Position numbers and translations under genes: made by a program. Below the pieces are notes generated by a model that saw only the letters and a list, made by a program, of their open reading frames with translations, was not told the origin of the DNA and did no database searches. This document shows positions 20,232 to 30,005 of a stretch of 64,000 nt of DNA, piece after piece; the first letter of the stretch is position 1; every line of letters begins with the position of its first letter. Source of the DNA: Candidatus Symbiothrix sp. (lineage in GTDB: Bacteria > Bacteroidota > Bacteroidia > Bacteroidales > Azobacteroidaceae); NCBI GenBank assembly GCA_031261295.1, contig JAISKT010000203.1, forward strand, positions 34,395-98,394, given 5' to 3'.

Positions 20232-21428
20232 TTACAATCCTATTTGTTTTAAATCACTCACCCATTTTCTCCAGTCTGTGAGTTTATTATATAATATTTC
20301 TGCTTCGGCAGATACTACTGCATATTGAATATTGGAAAAATGATTAAGTTGCATCGCCATAGTTTTGCAGTCACCTAAAGGAACTTTAAATCCATTAACT
20401 CCATTTTCAATAATCTCACTATGAATACCTACATCAAAAGTAAAAACGGGTTTTCCCAATCCCAATGCTTCCAATAATCCAAACTCAGTAGTGGTGGGCC
20501 AAATAGATGGAATAATTACTCCGCGAGCATTTGCTACTAATTGGGATAATCCGGTTTCCCATTTCAAATCATATTGAACATCAAGTATTCCTTTATCAAT
20601 ATAAATTTGAAAATTATTTTCTTTTATTGCTTTTATTGCCTGTTCTTTATTGTTGTATGCCAATATAATCCGAATGGAATCATCACAATATGCTAATATC
20701 TCTGAAATAAAATGAAATCCTTTCTCTATTCGATTTTGAGCAATGCCTACATAGTAGTTTCCCATTGATGAACTTAATCCATTTAATCGGTTTACATCAA
20801 AATACAAAGGAGTTTTGATTGTTTTATTTTTGGGAATACCGAATCGTTCATAAAAGCCAATTTGCTCATCTGATGAAGTTATCACATAATTTATTTTTGG
20901 CAATATTTTTTCCAGCCTTTTCCGAATTAAAATTCGGTTACAAGCATTGATATAATCAACGAGGTTATTAATAATACATTTATGCTTAAGTGCTTCAAAA
21001 TATCCTTTGTCCAAGCAACGAGTGCAGGGACCATTTTTATCATTGGCATATAACTTCATACAGAAAAAATCCTGCATAAATATTTTAGAGATTACTTTCA
21101 ATCCTCTTTTCTTTGCAATTTCTAAATAACACAGGTTTTTATTGGTTATTGATCCGATAGTAAATATTACAGTAGCTTCCGTTTTTTGTAAAACCACTTC
21201 ATATTCTTTAATGTATTTATCCTCTCTCCAATTTGCTATTCCAGTATATCCTGTTCTATAATAAAGATGTGTTCCATCGCTTTCTATCGCATCTTCTGTC
21301 ATATCTGTAGAAAAAACAGACACTTCATTTCCTATTGACAACAAGAGCTTCTTTGCAATTTGAGCAACAATTGCACCTGAGGAATTTCCAAAATAGGCAT
21401 CGGGTATTAATAATACTTTATTTCCCAT
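20232..21428 (-). CDS. GT4 glycosyltransferase
   Basis: IIPSIWPTTTEFGLLEALGLGKPV, EIIENGVNG. Confidence 0.85.
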   Translation of the reverse strand: MGNKVLLIPDAYFGNSSGAIVAQIAKKLLLSIGNEVSVFSTDMTEDAIESDGTHLYYRTGYTGIANWREDKYIKEYEVVLQKTEATVIFTIGSITNKNLCYLEIAKKRGLKVISKIFMQDFFCMKLYANDKNGPCTRCLDKGYFEALKHKCIINNLVDYINACNRILIRKRLEKILPKINYVITSSDEQIGFYERFGIPKNKTIKTPLYFDVNRLNGLSSSMGNYYVGIAQNRIEKGFHFISEILAYCDDSIRIILAYNNKEQAIKAIKENNFQIYIDKGILDVQYDLKWETGLSQLVANARGVIIPSIWPTTTEFGLLEALGLGKPVFTFDVGIHSEIIENGVNGFKVPLGDCKTMAMQLNHFSNIQYAVVSAEAEILYNKLTDWRKWVSDLKQIGL

Positions 21429-22908
21429 TTTTGAATCTGACAATTAACAATTTAACAAACTCTTTATTTGAAATCGCAATAAAAAAAGAATAAATCAACG
21501 TAAAGACAATACCATATATCAACAAAATAGGTAATTTCAGCAAATATACATCTAAGAAGAAATGTAATAGAACAAAAGGAGTGCTGATCAAAGTTAACTT
21601 CAATATTGTTTTTAAGATAGATTGTATCTCCACTAATAAATCTTTTTTTAGCAATTTCAAATATAATCCCATAAATAATACACTGGTTATAAATGTAGCA
21701 ACAGGTATAGCATAAATTTGAACGAAACTTATAATAGAAACCAACAGAATAATATACAATATCATACTAAGCACATCTAATTTTGCCGACTTATTAATCA
21801 GTCCGCCTGTATATAATAAGTTGTTGAAATAATTTTTCATCTGGCTTACCAAAACTGAAATAACTATGACAATCAACAACAGATTACCGCCATATTTATC
21901 CAACCCCACCCAAAAATGTACAATGGATTCTGTAAAGACTAATGAATATAATATGGCAGAAAACAAGACAGTCATAAAAAATATACTAACATTTTTTATT
22001 AAACGATTTATTTCCTGTTTATCTTTTGATGCAAATGTAAGGGAAAGCAGAGCAAAGAATGAACCATTTGCCATACTCACAAAATTACAAGCAACCACTG
22101 CTATTTTACTTGTGATATCATAAACTACAGCCATCGCAGGATTAATAAACATCGCAAGAATAAAACTCTGTGAATGTCCCATAAAAACATTGGAAATTCT
22201 GGATAAAAAAGGATAAAAACAGTCTTTTAATAGTTCTTTAATTATCTTAAAATTGAATGTAGGTCTGGAAAGATGTAATTTTCTCCATTTAATCATTATC
22301 CAACTTCCCTGCCCAATTAAATTTAACAGTGCCCGTGTTATATAACCTAAAGCAAGTGATACAACTCCAAAACCAGCATATAGATATACTACCAATGATA
22401 TAATGCCAAGAATATTAATAATCGTTGTAATTATTCCCACTGTTTTTGTTTCCTGCCATACTTGAGGGAAAGCTCCTAATAAAGAAACAAGTAATGAAAT
22501 TGCAGCAGATGCTAAACTTATTATATAGGCTATAGTAATAGAATGTTTAATTGATTCTTCAGCATTAATCCAGTTGGCAACAAAAGGGAATATGGTTAAA
22601 CCCAATATAAAGAGGGCAATAGCCATTAAAATCGCAGTGTATATATTTGCTCCCGCTAACTGAAAGAAATGCTTTTCATCTTTGTTTACTATAGCAACAG
22701 ACATCTTTTGCGTAATGACAGATGCAAAACCCGATTCAACCAATCCAAGCATAGCAACTATATTACCAGTAGCCAACCAAGCTCCGTAGGTGGAAATTGG
22801 CATAAATTTGAAATAAATAGGCACCATAATAATTCCATTAACTATCATTACGATAGCATTAATGGAATTAAATAAATAGTTGAAAATGGATGCAGAATAT
22901 TTACTCAT
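21418..22908 (-). CDS. wzx: Wzx flippase (MOP family)
   Basis: 496 aa, about 12-14 hydrophobic segments, YGAWL motif near the N-terminus. Confidence 0.8.
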   Translation of the reverse strand: MSKYSASIFNYLFNSINAIVMIVNGIIMVPIYFKFMPISTYGAWLATGNIVAMLGLVESGFASVITQKMSVAIVNKDEKHFFQLAGANIYTAILMAIALFILGLTIFPFVANWINAEESIKHSITIAYIISLASAAISLLVSLLGAFPQVWQETKTVGIITTIINILGIISLVVYLYAGFGVVSLALGYITRALLNLIGQGSWIMIKWRKLHLSRPTFNFKIIKELLKDCFYPFLSRISNVFMGHSQSFILAMFINPAMAVVYDITSKIAVVACNFVSMANGSFFALLSLTFASKDKQEINRLIKNVSIFFMTVLFSAILYSLVFTESIVHFWVGLDKYGGNLLLIVIVISVLVSQMKNYFNNLLYTGGLINKSAKLDVLSMILYIILLVSIISFVQIYAIPVATFITSVLFMGLYLKLLKKDLLVEIQSILKTILKLTLISTPFVLLHFFLDVYLLKLPILLIYGIVFTLIYSFFIAISNKEFVKLLIVRFKNGK

Positions 22909-23321
22909 TAAATGCCCAATGGTATAGTGTCATTTGAATGGTATAGTTTATCAGTATATGCTAATACTAAAAAGGGAATATTATTTATAGCATCAAAACG
23001 ATGTGCAACATAAGGAGGAATAACAATCGTACCTGGCTTTTCAGCATCAAGGTCAATCGTCATTAATTCATTAGTACGCACATCTTTTAGTTCTAATCTT
23101 GATTTTCCTATCAGTAATGTAAACCATTCTGTGGCTTCTTTATGATAATGACCTCCACGAGAAGATCCATCTTTGGAATAAACGGTATATATTTCACCTG
23201 TATGTTCAGGTAATCCTTGCTCTTTTCCGGTAATTGCTTTTAAAAACCACCCCCTGCTGTCTTCTATTTTTTTTCTTGGTATAATTTCTATCCGTTCGGA
23301 TAAGGGTTTAATATCTGTCAT
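22908..23321 (-). CDS. Cupin sugar isomerase/epimerase (WxcM/RmlC-like)
   Basis: DSRGW, RGGHYH, EWF, IPPYVAH. Confidence 0.8.
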   Translation of the reverse strand: MTDIKPLSERIEIIPRKKIEDSRGWFLKAITGKEQGLPEHTGEIYTVYSKDGSSRGGHYHKEATEWFTLLIGKSRLELKDVRTNELMTIDLDAEKPGTIVIPPYVAHRFDAINNIPFLVLAYTDKLYHSNDTIPLGI

Positions 23322-24198
23322 ATACGTCTATTATTTTTATAGTCGGCTTATAATTTATACTTTCGTATAATTTGTTTCCATTTAATTTTAATATTTTCAT
23401 TCCAATATCTGTCCGTTGAACTTTTCCAAAGACCGATTCCGTCAGAGATTTGTTAAATACATTGAATAATATCGAAACTAATTCTTTGACTGTCAATGTT
23501 TCTGTGCCTGATATGTTATAAATACCACTTGTCATTTTATTTTCAACTGCGGATTCAATTATTTGTATAATTTCATCAATGTAAATATATTGACGAACTT
23601 GCTCTCCGGAAGTAAATTGTATTTCAGTATTATTTCTTAACGCCTGAATAGTATAGGGTATTAACCGATGAGAAGATTCATTTTCTCCATATATTGTAGG
23701 AAGAATAAAATGCCAAAACTTGAAAGGAGCTTCAAAAGAAGAAATGAAACGGGATAACAAACGTTTGGAAATAGCATAATCATTAGGTGCCTTGTTATCT
23801 GAATATAGAACATCTGATTCTGTATAACATTTATTTTCTGACATTTCGCCAATTTCAAAATAAGATCCAAATGTAATAGCAACGCCCCTATATCCTATTA
23901 ATTTTAAATGATTGTATATTTTTATCGGAATATCAACATTCAGACTATAAATTAAATCTACAGGCTCATTCAGATTAGATTGAATACCGCCTCCTACGGC
24001 ATAGATAATTACATCAGATTGACTTAACTGATTATATTGTAAATCTTCTTTTAACAAATCTACCGGATAAAAATTATCATAAGAATGATGTACAGGCTCT
24101 TGTAAACCATACACATCTAAATTAATTTTATTGGCATTGCAATATTTGCCTATGCTATTTGAAAGGAGACCATTGGAGCCTATTATTGAAATTTTCAT
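23308..24198 (-). CDS. NAD-dependent epimerase/reductase (CDP-sugar 4-reductase-like)
   Basis: IIGSNGLL, GSYFE, YAISK, GEQVRQYIY; follows rfbG. Confidence 0.8.
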   Translation of the reverse strand: MKISIIGSNGLLSNSIGKYCNANKINLDVYGLQEPVHHSYDNFYPVDLLKEDLQYNQLSQSDVIIYAVGGGIQSNLNEPVDLIYSLNVDIPIKIYNHLKLIGYRGVAITFGSYFEIGEMSENKCYTESDVLYSDNKAPNDYAISKRLLSRFISSFEAPFKFWHFILPTIYGENESSHRLIPYTIQALRNNTEIQFTSGEQVRQYIYIDEIIQIIESAVENKMTSGIYNISGTETLTVKELVSILFNVFNKSLTESVFGKVQRTDIGMKILKLNGNKLYESINYKPTIKIIDVYDRY

Positions 24199-25274
24199 CT
24201 GAAATATTGTTGTATTTGTTCTTCGCAAAATAAGCGCATATTTTCACCTTGATTATATGCTTTTGTCCATGTTACTATATTTTTTAGCGCTGTTTTTATA
24301 TCCCATTTAGGCTGCCAATTTAATTGCGTCTTTGCTTTGGAACAATCTAACTTCAAGTAATTCGCTTCATGTGGCTGTAGATGGGTATCGATTTCGTAAG
24401 ATGCTCCATTCCCCCATAGTGTACATATTTCTTTGACTATCCATTCAACCGGCATTGCATCCACATCATTGGGACCAAAATTCCATCCTTCGGCATATTT
24501 GCATCCATCGGTATATAATTTTGTACCTAAAAGTAAATATCCGGTTAACGGTTCCAATACATGTTGCCATGGACGAATAGCATAAGGACTGCGAATTTTT
24601 ACTGTTTCTTTGTTATTGATAGCCCTAATAAAATCCGGAATCAAACGGTCTTCTGCCCAATCGCCTCCACCAATCACATTCCCCGCACGTGCAGATGCTA
24701 ATGCTACCTGATGTGTTTTTCCATAATCAGCCGAATTAAAAAAAGAATTACGAAAGGATGAAGTGACTAATTCTGAACAACCTTTACTGTTTGAATACGG
24801 GTCATATCCTCCCATAGGTTCATTTTCACGGTATCCCCACAACCATTCCTTATTTTCATAACATTTATCAGTAGTTACATTGACAACTGCCCGAACAGAT
24901 TTTGTATGACGAACTGCTTCCAATAAATTTACCGCTCCCATCACATTGATGGCATAAGTGTCAATGGGATTTTTGTAGGAATCCCGAACTAAAGGCTGGG
25001 CAGCCATGTGAATAACTATATCCGGCTGAACCTCCGATAAAGCTGCATATAGAGCATCATAATCCCTTATATCTGCAATATAAGAAGTTACCAATTCATC
25101 TACTTTCGCTACTTCATATAAGGAAGGTTGTGTAGGCGGGTGCAAGGCATAGCCATAGATTTTTGCTCCTAATTGATTTAACAGGATACACATCCAAGAA
25201 CCTTTGAATCCTGTATGGCCGGTCAGGAAAACTTTTTTCCCTTTATAAATTTCCAAATCTACCATATTTTCCAT
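24195..25274 (-). CDS. rfbG: CDP-glucose 4,6-dehydratase
   Basis: TGHTGFKGSW, HMAAQPLV, TTDKCYEN, RAGNVIGGGDW, RPWQHVLEPL. Confidence 0.95.
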   Translation of the reverse strand: MENMVDLEIYKGKKVFLTGHTGFKGSWMCILLNQLGAKIYGYALHPPTQPSLYEVAKVDELVTSYIADIRDYDALYAALSEVQPDIVIHMAAQPLVRDSYKNPIDTYAINVMGAVNLLEAVRHTKSVRAVVNVTTDKCYENKEWLWGYRENEPMGGYDPYSNSKGCSELVTSSFRNSFFNSADYGKTHQVALASARAGNVIGGGDWAEDRLIPDFIRAINNKETVKIRSPYAIRPWQHVLEPLTGYLLLGTKLYTDGCKYAEGWNFGPNDVDAMPVEWIVKEICTLWGNGASYEIDTHLQPHEANYLKLDCSKAKTQLNWQPKWDIKTALKNIVTWTKAYNQGENMRLFCEEQIQQYFR

Positions 25275-26032
25275 GCTGCATCATTTGCTTCCCAAGCTTT
25301 CTCCAATTCCTGTTTGTCTCGTATAGTATCCATCGGACGCCAAAAACCAAAATGTTTGAATGCTACCATCTGATTATCCTGAGCTATTTTTTCCATTGGA
25401 GCTCTTTCCCATATTATAGAATCTCCTTCTGTAATATAATCGAATATTTGAGGCTCACAGACGAAAAAACCACCGTTTATCCATGCACCATCTCCATTCG
25501 GTTTTTCCTTAAAGGAAGAAACAACATCATCGGATTCCAAATTCAAGGCACCAAAACGTCCGGAGGGTTGCACTGCGGTAACTGTACAATATTTATTATT
25601 TTTCTTGTGAAATTCTATTAATTGAGGAATATTTATATTACCGACACCATCTCCATAAGTTAGCATAAACGGTTCATTCCCAATATACGACTGCACTCTT
25701 TTGATTCGACCTCCCGTCATGGTATCAATTCCAGTATCAATCAATGAGATTGTCCAAGGTTCCGCATGACTGTCGTGAATTGTTGTAGCATTCTTTTTTA
25801 AATCAATAGTAACATTGGAATGATGCAAAAAATAATTCGCAAAATATTCTTTTATCACATAGCCCTTATAACCCAAACAAATCACAAACTCATTGTAACC
25901 ATACGAAGAGTATATTTTCATGATATGCCACAGAATAGGCATGCCACCGATTTCTACCATGGGTTTAGGTTTCAGTACCGTTTCTTCTGACAAACGCGTT
26001 CCTAAGCCACCCGCTAATATAACGACTTTCAT
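25259..26032 (-). CDS. rfbF: Glucose-1-phosphate cytidylyltransferase
   Basis: LAGGLGTRLSEET, KPMVEIG, TMTGGR, TYGDG, WINGGFF. Confidence 0.95.
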   Translation of the reverse strand: MKVVILAGGLGTRLSEETVLKPKPMVEIGGMPILWHIMKIYSSYGYNEFVICLGYKGYVIKEYFANYFLHHSNVTIDLKKNATTIHDSHAEPWTISLIDTGIDTMTGGRIKRVQSYIGNEPFMLTYGDGVGNINIPQLIEFHKKNNKYCTVTAVQPSGRFGALNLESDDVVSSFKEKPNGDGAWINGGFFVCEPQIFDYITEGDSIIWERAPMEKIAQDNQMVAFKHFGFWRPMDTIRDKQELEKAWEANDAAWKIW

Positions 26033-26058
26033 AAATATGTTAAAAAATAATTAGAATT

Positions 26059-26475
26059 TTACCCAAGAATAAGATCTTCTTCCGCTATCGGCGCAAACGG
26101 CCCATGTTTCACTTCGTAAATCATCGTTCCTGCTTGCTTCACCTCCAAGCTGTGCCACACCTCGCCCGGAATATCCATTCCATAATTTCCTTTTTCGGGA
26201 TTCAGTGTTATACGTCTTTCTATTTGTCCGTTGTCGTCATAGAGCAAGACATCCAATTCGCCCCGTAATATCACAAACGATTCATTTTTATAAGGATGCA
26301 AATGTCGATGAATAGGAATCACCGTGCCAGGCTCCAAAGCATTCAACATTCGGTTGACAGGATCATTCAGATCGGAATGAATGTTATAATTCATTCGCAA
26401 GCGGACATGGGTTTTCGCCTGCGCAGTTGTTGAGTCTAACAATGATTTATTGATAAGTTGTATTTTGGAATTCAT
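26059..26475 (-). CDS. wbuC: WbuC-family cupin protein
   Basis: RLRMNYNIH, RMLNALEPGT, PIHRH, WHSL, EVKHGP. Confidence 0.85.
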   Translation of the reverse strand: MNSKIQLINKSLLDSTTAQAKTHVRLRMNYNIHSDLNDPVNRMLNALEPGTVIPIHRHLHPYKNESFVILRGELDVLLYDDNGQIERRITLNPEKGNYGMDIPGEVWHSLEVKQAGTMIYEVKHGPFAPIAEEDLILG

Positions 26476-26489
26476 TTCTATCTAACTGC

Positions 26490-26530
26490 CCACGAATTAC
26501 ACGAATTAACACGAAGAAATAATTCATGCG
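26490..26530. repeat. CACGAATT repeat element, copy 2 (degenerate right half)
   Basis: ccacgaattacacgaattaacacg identical to 3341..3364. Confidence 0.8.
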
Positions 26531-26541
26531 ATTGTTGACTT

Positions 26542-27858
26542 TTACATTTCATCCATTGACAATCCACGATATTCTATCGTGTAGCCCAAGAGTTGTTTAC
26601 TTACAAGTGTTTTTGCTTTTTCCTGTAATAGGTTTAGATTTATTCTATCCGCATTGCGTTTGACTTCGGCAATGACGGCTCGCTTCTCATATTCGTTAAT
26701 TGCCACAATATCAATCTCATTCAAGTTGCCACTTTCCCAATACGTACCAATTGCCGAGAGATTTTCTTCTTTCCTGATTTTTTCACGAAAATATCGCTCC
26801 AAAATTTGTCCACTATACGTTTTGTAATCTCTATTAACTATATCTTTCAGATAATCAAAACTTTCCGTTTCCACAGCGCCACGATATTTGTAGATAAATC
26901 GAAACCAAAAATTCAGAAAATTGTCGTTGATTCGATATTTCACATTTTTTCCGGCCGGTTTCGACAACACAGGGCGCACTTTAGTAATCAAGCCGTATTC
27001 ATTCTCCAATTTTTCCAAAAAACCGCCGATATTCATATTCAAAATCGACTCTATTTCAGAGCGTGATGTTTTGGACGAGGCAATAAGTGAGAGTATCGAA
27101 AAATAGTTACCATAGTCCTTACCAAACTCATCTATCAACACATTTTTGCCTTCGTCAAGAAAAAGAGAGTTATCCGAAAAAATCTCATTCACAATGCTTT
27201 TCAGTGTAAAAGCTTTTGCCTCAGCCAACAATTCAACATATTTTGCCACACCGCCGGTAAAAAGATAAAATGCCAGCAAATCTTCATTTGAAAAGTGGGG
27301 GCGATAATCGCGAATAATTCCTTTAATGGTCTCAATATCAAATGTTTTAATATGTATTCTGGCTGTTGCCCTGCCAAAGAGCGGCTCTTTGGAATTTTCA
27401 AAAATCTGTTTCATTAGCGAATAAACCGATCCGCAAAGAATAAGGTTGATTTTGCTTTTATCTTTATTGGCGTCCCAAACGTTCTGCATTTCGCTGTAAA
27501 TTGACGAGTTAATGTTTCTAAACTCCTGAAATTCATCAACAATCAGGGTAAAATGTCGCGTTTGCGAAAGTTCCATCAAGTAACCAAATACATCTTTGAA
27601 GGAACGCATCTCGCCAAAAATATTTACTGCCAATTTGTTGCGGATTTCGTTCGTAAATTCTTCACAAAGCAAATTTTCGTTCTTTTTCTCCACAAAAAAA
27701 TACAATATTGACTTTCCTTGAAATGTGTGCATCAGCAAAGCCGTTTTCCCAATACGCCGCCGCCCCACAATAAAAGTCATCTGGGCAGATTCCAACGATT
27801 TTTGCTCCAATTTTTTCAAAAGAGCCGTTTCTTTTTCGCGATCATAAAACTTTAGCAT
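26542..27858 (-). CDS. AAA ATPase (archaeal-type) with DUF234 / PD-(D/E)xK C-terminus
   Basis: GRRRIGKT Walker A, IVDEFQ Walker B, FWFRFIY, EIDIVA...AEVK. Confidence 0.88.
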   Translation of the reverse strand: MLKFYDREKETALLKKLEQKSLESAQMTFIVGRRRIGKTALLMHTFQGKSILYFFVEKKNENLLCEEFTNEIRNKLAVNIFGEMRSFKDVFGYLMELSQTRHFTLIVDEFQEFRNINSSIYSEMQNVWDANKDKSKINLILCGSVYSLMKQIFENSKEPLFGRATARIHIKTFDIETIKGIIRDYRPHFSNEDLLAFYLFTGGVAKYVELLAEAKAFTLKSIVNEIFSDNSLFLDEGKNVLIDEFGKDYGNYFSILSLIASSKTSRSEIESILNMNIGGFLEKLENEYGLITKVRPVLSKPAGKNVKYRINDNFLNFWFRFIYKYRGAVETESFDYLKDIVNRDYKTYSGQILERYFREKIRKEENLSAIGTYWESGNLNEIDIVAINEYEKRAVIAEVKRNADRINLNLLQEKAKTLVSKQLLGYTIEYRGLSMDEM

Positions 27859-27882
27859 AATTCAAGTATTTTTATTCGCTGC

Positions 27883-27936
27883 AAAGATACAAATTATTCT
27901 TGAATTGTAACAGTGGTTACTGTAACAGTGGTTACA
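27883..27936 (-). promoter_or_regulatory. ATPase promoter (-7 box TATCTTTG) with tandem palindromic operator-like site
   Basis: caaagata at 27883-27890; 15-bp direct repeat tgtaacagtggttac twice at 27906-27935. Confidence 0.6.
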
Positions 27937-27955
27937 AAATTAAGTTGTCCGTGGA

Positions 27956-28477
27956 TTATATTCGTTCCAAGTACTCGCTCGGTATATAGGTAGTCGCCAA
28001 CGAAAATATTCCCTCTAATCGTACCACGACTCTTTTGTGGCCTTTAATGCGTACCAACTCGCCTTCTACGCCGGTAAATACGCCTTTTATAATTCGAACT
28101 TTATCGCCCCGTTTCAGGTTTGAATTCAGGATTTGGATGCCCGTTTCCGATAAATCCAATACAAGCATAAAATCGTGCATCTGCTTGTCCGGGATTATTT
28201 GCAGTTTTTTGGTTTCAATATTGTAAATATACGAAATACTGAAACCCGATTCTCCCGGTAAAGAAAGCGCTGTCTGGTAATCTGTATATACAAATATAAG
28301 GCAGGAAATAACCGGTTTCTCCTTTTGTATTTTTTTTCCATTCCGCTCCGTCACCGCTATCCGGAAAGGGATAAAATGCCGGATATCTTTTTCTTCCAAA
28401 AAAGCTTTTATCTTATGTTCTGTTCGGTATTTAACACGGGCGGCATACCAACAGGGTGAATTATCTATAGTTGCCAT
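27956..28477 (-). CDS. upxY: UpxY-family transcription antiterminator (NusG paralogue)
   Basis: WYAARV, LIFV, IPDKQM, KOW motif GDKVRIIKGVFTGVEGELVRIKG; ATG at 28477 preferred. Confidence 0.92.
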   Translation of the reverse strand: MATIDNSPCWYAARVKYRTEHKIKAFLEEKDIRHFIPFRIAVTERNGKKIQKEKPVISCLIFVYTDYQTALSLPGESGFSISYIYNIETKKLQIIPDKQMHDFMLVLDLSETGIQILNSNLKRGDKVRIIKGVFTGVEGELVRIKGHKRVVVRLEGIFSLATTYIPSEYLERI

Positions 28478-28605
28478 AAATTTAAAGCTTCGCTTCACGA
28501 CCTTAAAATAAAGCCCTGAAGTCCTAAAAAAATACAAACTTAAGTGGGATTACCTTTACACAAGAGTAATCCCGTCTCTCCCAACATTCGCTCTATCCAA
28601 AGATA
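28478..28605 (-). promoter_or_regulatory. upxY promoter and 5' leader with hairpin and candidate ops-like pause element
   Basis: -7 box TATCTTTG at 28598-28605; gggattac...gtaatccc hairpin; GTGAAGCGAAGC just before the start codon. Confidence 0.55.
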
Positions 28606-28625
28606 GCGTTTAACGTTTTTGGAGA

Positions 28626-28652
28626 GGATTGCGGGTCAAGCCCGCAATGACA
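28626..28652. repeat. GTCATTGCGGGCTTGACCCGCAATC REP-like element, single intergenic copy
   Basis: 27 nt identical to 53223..53249 inside mutS2; internal hairpin. Confidence 0.9.
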
Positions 28653-28664
28653 AAGTATCAGGCT

Positions 28665-29996
28665 TTATATACATTCATATATAAAACCATTCTCTTTCAT
28701 TTCTTTTTTATCGTAAATGTTCCTTCCATCCAGCAGAATCGGGGCATTCATGGCCCTTTTCAATACATTCCAGGAAGGTAACCGAAATTCTTTCCATTCC
28801 GTCAGTAAAAGCAAGGCGTCCGCATCCAAAGCAGCATCATACATATCACGGGTATAAACCACTTTATTCCCAAACCTTCTTTTACATTCATCCATCGATA
28901 CCGGATCATACACTTTCACCGTACATCCTGCCGCAAGCAATAATTCAATTAAAACCAGCGACGGCGCTTCCCGCATATCATCCGTATCGGGCTTAAATGC
29001 CAATCCCCAAAGAGCAATGGTTTTCCCTTGCAGGGAAGATTCGGTGCACGGTGCACGGTGCACCCCAAAAACTCGTACGAGTTTTTCAAACAGTATCGTT
29101 TTTTGTTTGTCATTTACGGCTTCTACAGCTTGCAATACCTGCATCGTATAGCCTTGTTGGGAAGCGGTTTGAATCAAGGCTTTTACATCCTTCGGAAAAC
29201 AACTGCCTCCATAACCACAACCCGGATACAGGAATTTATTGCCGATACGGGAATCCGAACCGATACCGCTGCGAACCATATTTACATCAGCTCCTACCAA
29301 ATCACACAGATTGGCTATATCGTTCATAAAGGAAATACGGGTAGCCAACATGGCATTGGCTGCATATTTGATCATCTCCGCAGAGGGTATATCCGTATAA
29401 ATCATCCGGTAATGATTCAAGGTGAACGGTTTGTAGAGTCGATCCATCAGTTCTTTGGCTTTTTCACTCTCTACTCCTACCACGACCCTGTCCGGGCCCA
29501 TAAAATCTTTTACGGCTGTCCCTTCTTTCAAAAATTCAGGATTAGATGCGACATCAAAAGGAATCGTTACGCCCCGTTTATCCAATTCTTCTTGAATAAC
29601 CGCTTTTACTTTTTGGGCAGTTCCTACCGGAACCGTACTTTTGGTAACGACTAATACATAATTGTTGATATTTTTTCCTATGGTGCGCGCTACTTCCAAC
29701 ACATAACGCAAATCAGCGCTTCCATCTTCATCGGGAGGAGTTCCTACCGCGCTGAAAATAACTTCTACGTCATCTAAACAAGAAGTTAAATCTGTAGTAA
29801 ATTTCAAACGGCCGGCTTGATAATTTTTCCGGACCAATTCTTCCAAGCCTGGTTCATAGATGGGGAGAATCCCTTCTTTTAATTTTTGGATCTTATTCTC
29901 ATCTACATCTACACAAGTTACATTGATTCCCATTTCCGAAAAACAAGTTCCGGTAACTAAACCTACATACCCTGTTCCTACTACTGCAATATCCAT
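28665..29996 (-). CDS. ugd: UDP-glucose 6-dehydrogenase
   Basis: GTGYVG, TKSTVPVGT, SNPEFLKEG, GYGGSCFPKD, FKPDTDDMRE. Confidence 0.95.
   Translation of the reverse strand: MDIAVVGTGYVGLVTGTCFSEMGINVTCVDVDENKIQKLKEGILPIYEPGLEELVRKNYQAGRLKFTTDLTSCLDDVEVIFSAVGTPPDEDGSADLRYVLEVARTIGKNINNYVLVVTKSTVPVGTAQKVKAVIQEELDKRGVTIPFDVASNPEFLKEGTAVKDFMGPDRVVVGVESEKAKELMDRLYKPFTLNHYRMIYTDIPSAEMIKYAANAMLATRISFMNDIANLCDLVGADVNMVRSGIGSDSRIGNKFLYPGCGYGGSCFPKDVKALIQTASQQGYTMQVLQAVEAVNDKQKTILFEKLVRVFGVHRAPCTESSLQGKTIALWGLAFKPDTDDMREAPSLVLIELLLAAGCTVKVYDPVSMDECKRRFGNKVVYTRDMYDAALDADALLLLTEWKEFRLPSWNVLKRAMNAPILLDGRNIYDKKEMKENGFIYECI
29042..29063. repeat. (CGGTGCA)x3 heptamer repeat, in frame within ugd
   Basis: cggtgcacggtgcacggtgcac; 21 bp within the codons for VHRAPCTE. 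Confidence 0.8.
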
Positions 29997-30005
29997 TTTC
30001 AGTTA

